A stretch of 51,167 bases of DNA, from assembly GCF_001194135.2 (NCBI RefSeq), contig NC_068982.1, forward strand, positions 77,752,976 to 77,804,142, in the 5' to 3' direction. The stretch is from Octopus bimaculoides. Taxonomy: Eukaryota. Positions 50,683 to 51,167 of this stretch are shown here, in pieces (positions within the stretch are counted from its first letter, which is position 1; each line of letters starts with the position of its first letter). The notes beneath the pieces were generated by a model. It was given only the letters and a program-made list of their open reading frames with translations. It ran no database searches and had not been told where the DNA came from. The position numbers and the translations under genes are program-made.

Positions 50683-50829
50683 GTAATAAGAATGATGATG
50701 GTGATGATGATGCTGATAATAATTCTTTGTACGATAGACACAAGGCCTGAAATTATCATCATCATCATCATCATCATCATCATAATCATCATCATCATCA
50801 TTGTCATCATCATCATCGTCATCGTCGTC

Positions 50830-50927
<98 letters not shown>

Positions 50928-50930
50928 TGT
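50583..50930. repeat. Compound trinucleotide microsatellite (AAT/GAT, then CAT/CGT) around a short antisense SINE 3' remnant
   Basis: Directly visible. It explains the poly-M, -I, -S and -L ORFs. Confidence 0.97.
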
Positions 50931-51167
50931 TATGTTTTAGCCTTATGCAGCCATGTTTCCCTATTTATACACTCTTCCCCCATACTCGTTGTAGCATATT
51001 CATGGCAATACCTCAATGTTTGCTTGTTCGCCTGTTTAAATATTTATAAACCAGTGAATGTGCAAATATTAACTGTTAAATTACCCCCACCCTCTTAAAT
51101 TTCATAACCACTAAGAAGACGTGTCAAGACGTCTTAAAGTTAAAACAACTGTCACATTTTTCTCTAC

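Overview
Eukaryotic, AT-rich, microsatellite- and transposon-dense animal DNA with four assembly gaps. The repeat families suggest an octopod cephalopod; this is my inference and not a database result. The one confidently identified gene is the 3' two-thirds of exostosin-2 (EXT2), on the + strand in 8 exons from 20595 to 33892. All junctions are GT-AG and in phase, giving 1396 coding nt that end ...[25 protein letters not shown]. Its 5' exons were not found in the window. A CpG-richer zone at about 48.3-49.9 kb holds a 161-codon ORF (48933-49418) with a signal-peptide-like N-terminus and a splice donor, probably the first exon of a second, unidentified gene. The rest is mobile-element debris: an internally deleted Academ (XPG-type) DNA transposon with TIRs and a 3-bp TSD, a near full-length dead mariner, RTE LINE fragments including an in-frame chimera, a head-to-head Penelope-like element, a HERO-like fragment, piggyBac- and Tc/pogo-type MITEs, many tRNA-derived SINEs (some in tandem arrays), an (AAT)n-embedded element, and two copies of a repeat with a decayed hammerhead-ribozyme-like core. 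I found no prokaryotic-type system such as CRISPR or an operon. Family assignments rest on motifs I recognise and were not confirmed by any search.
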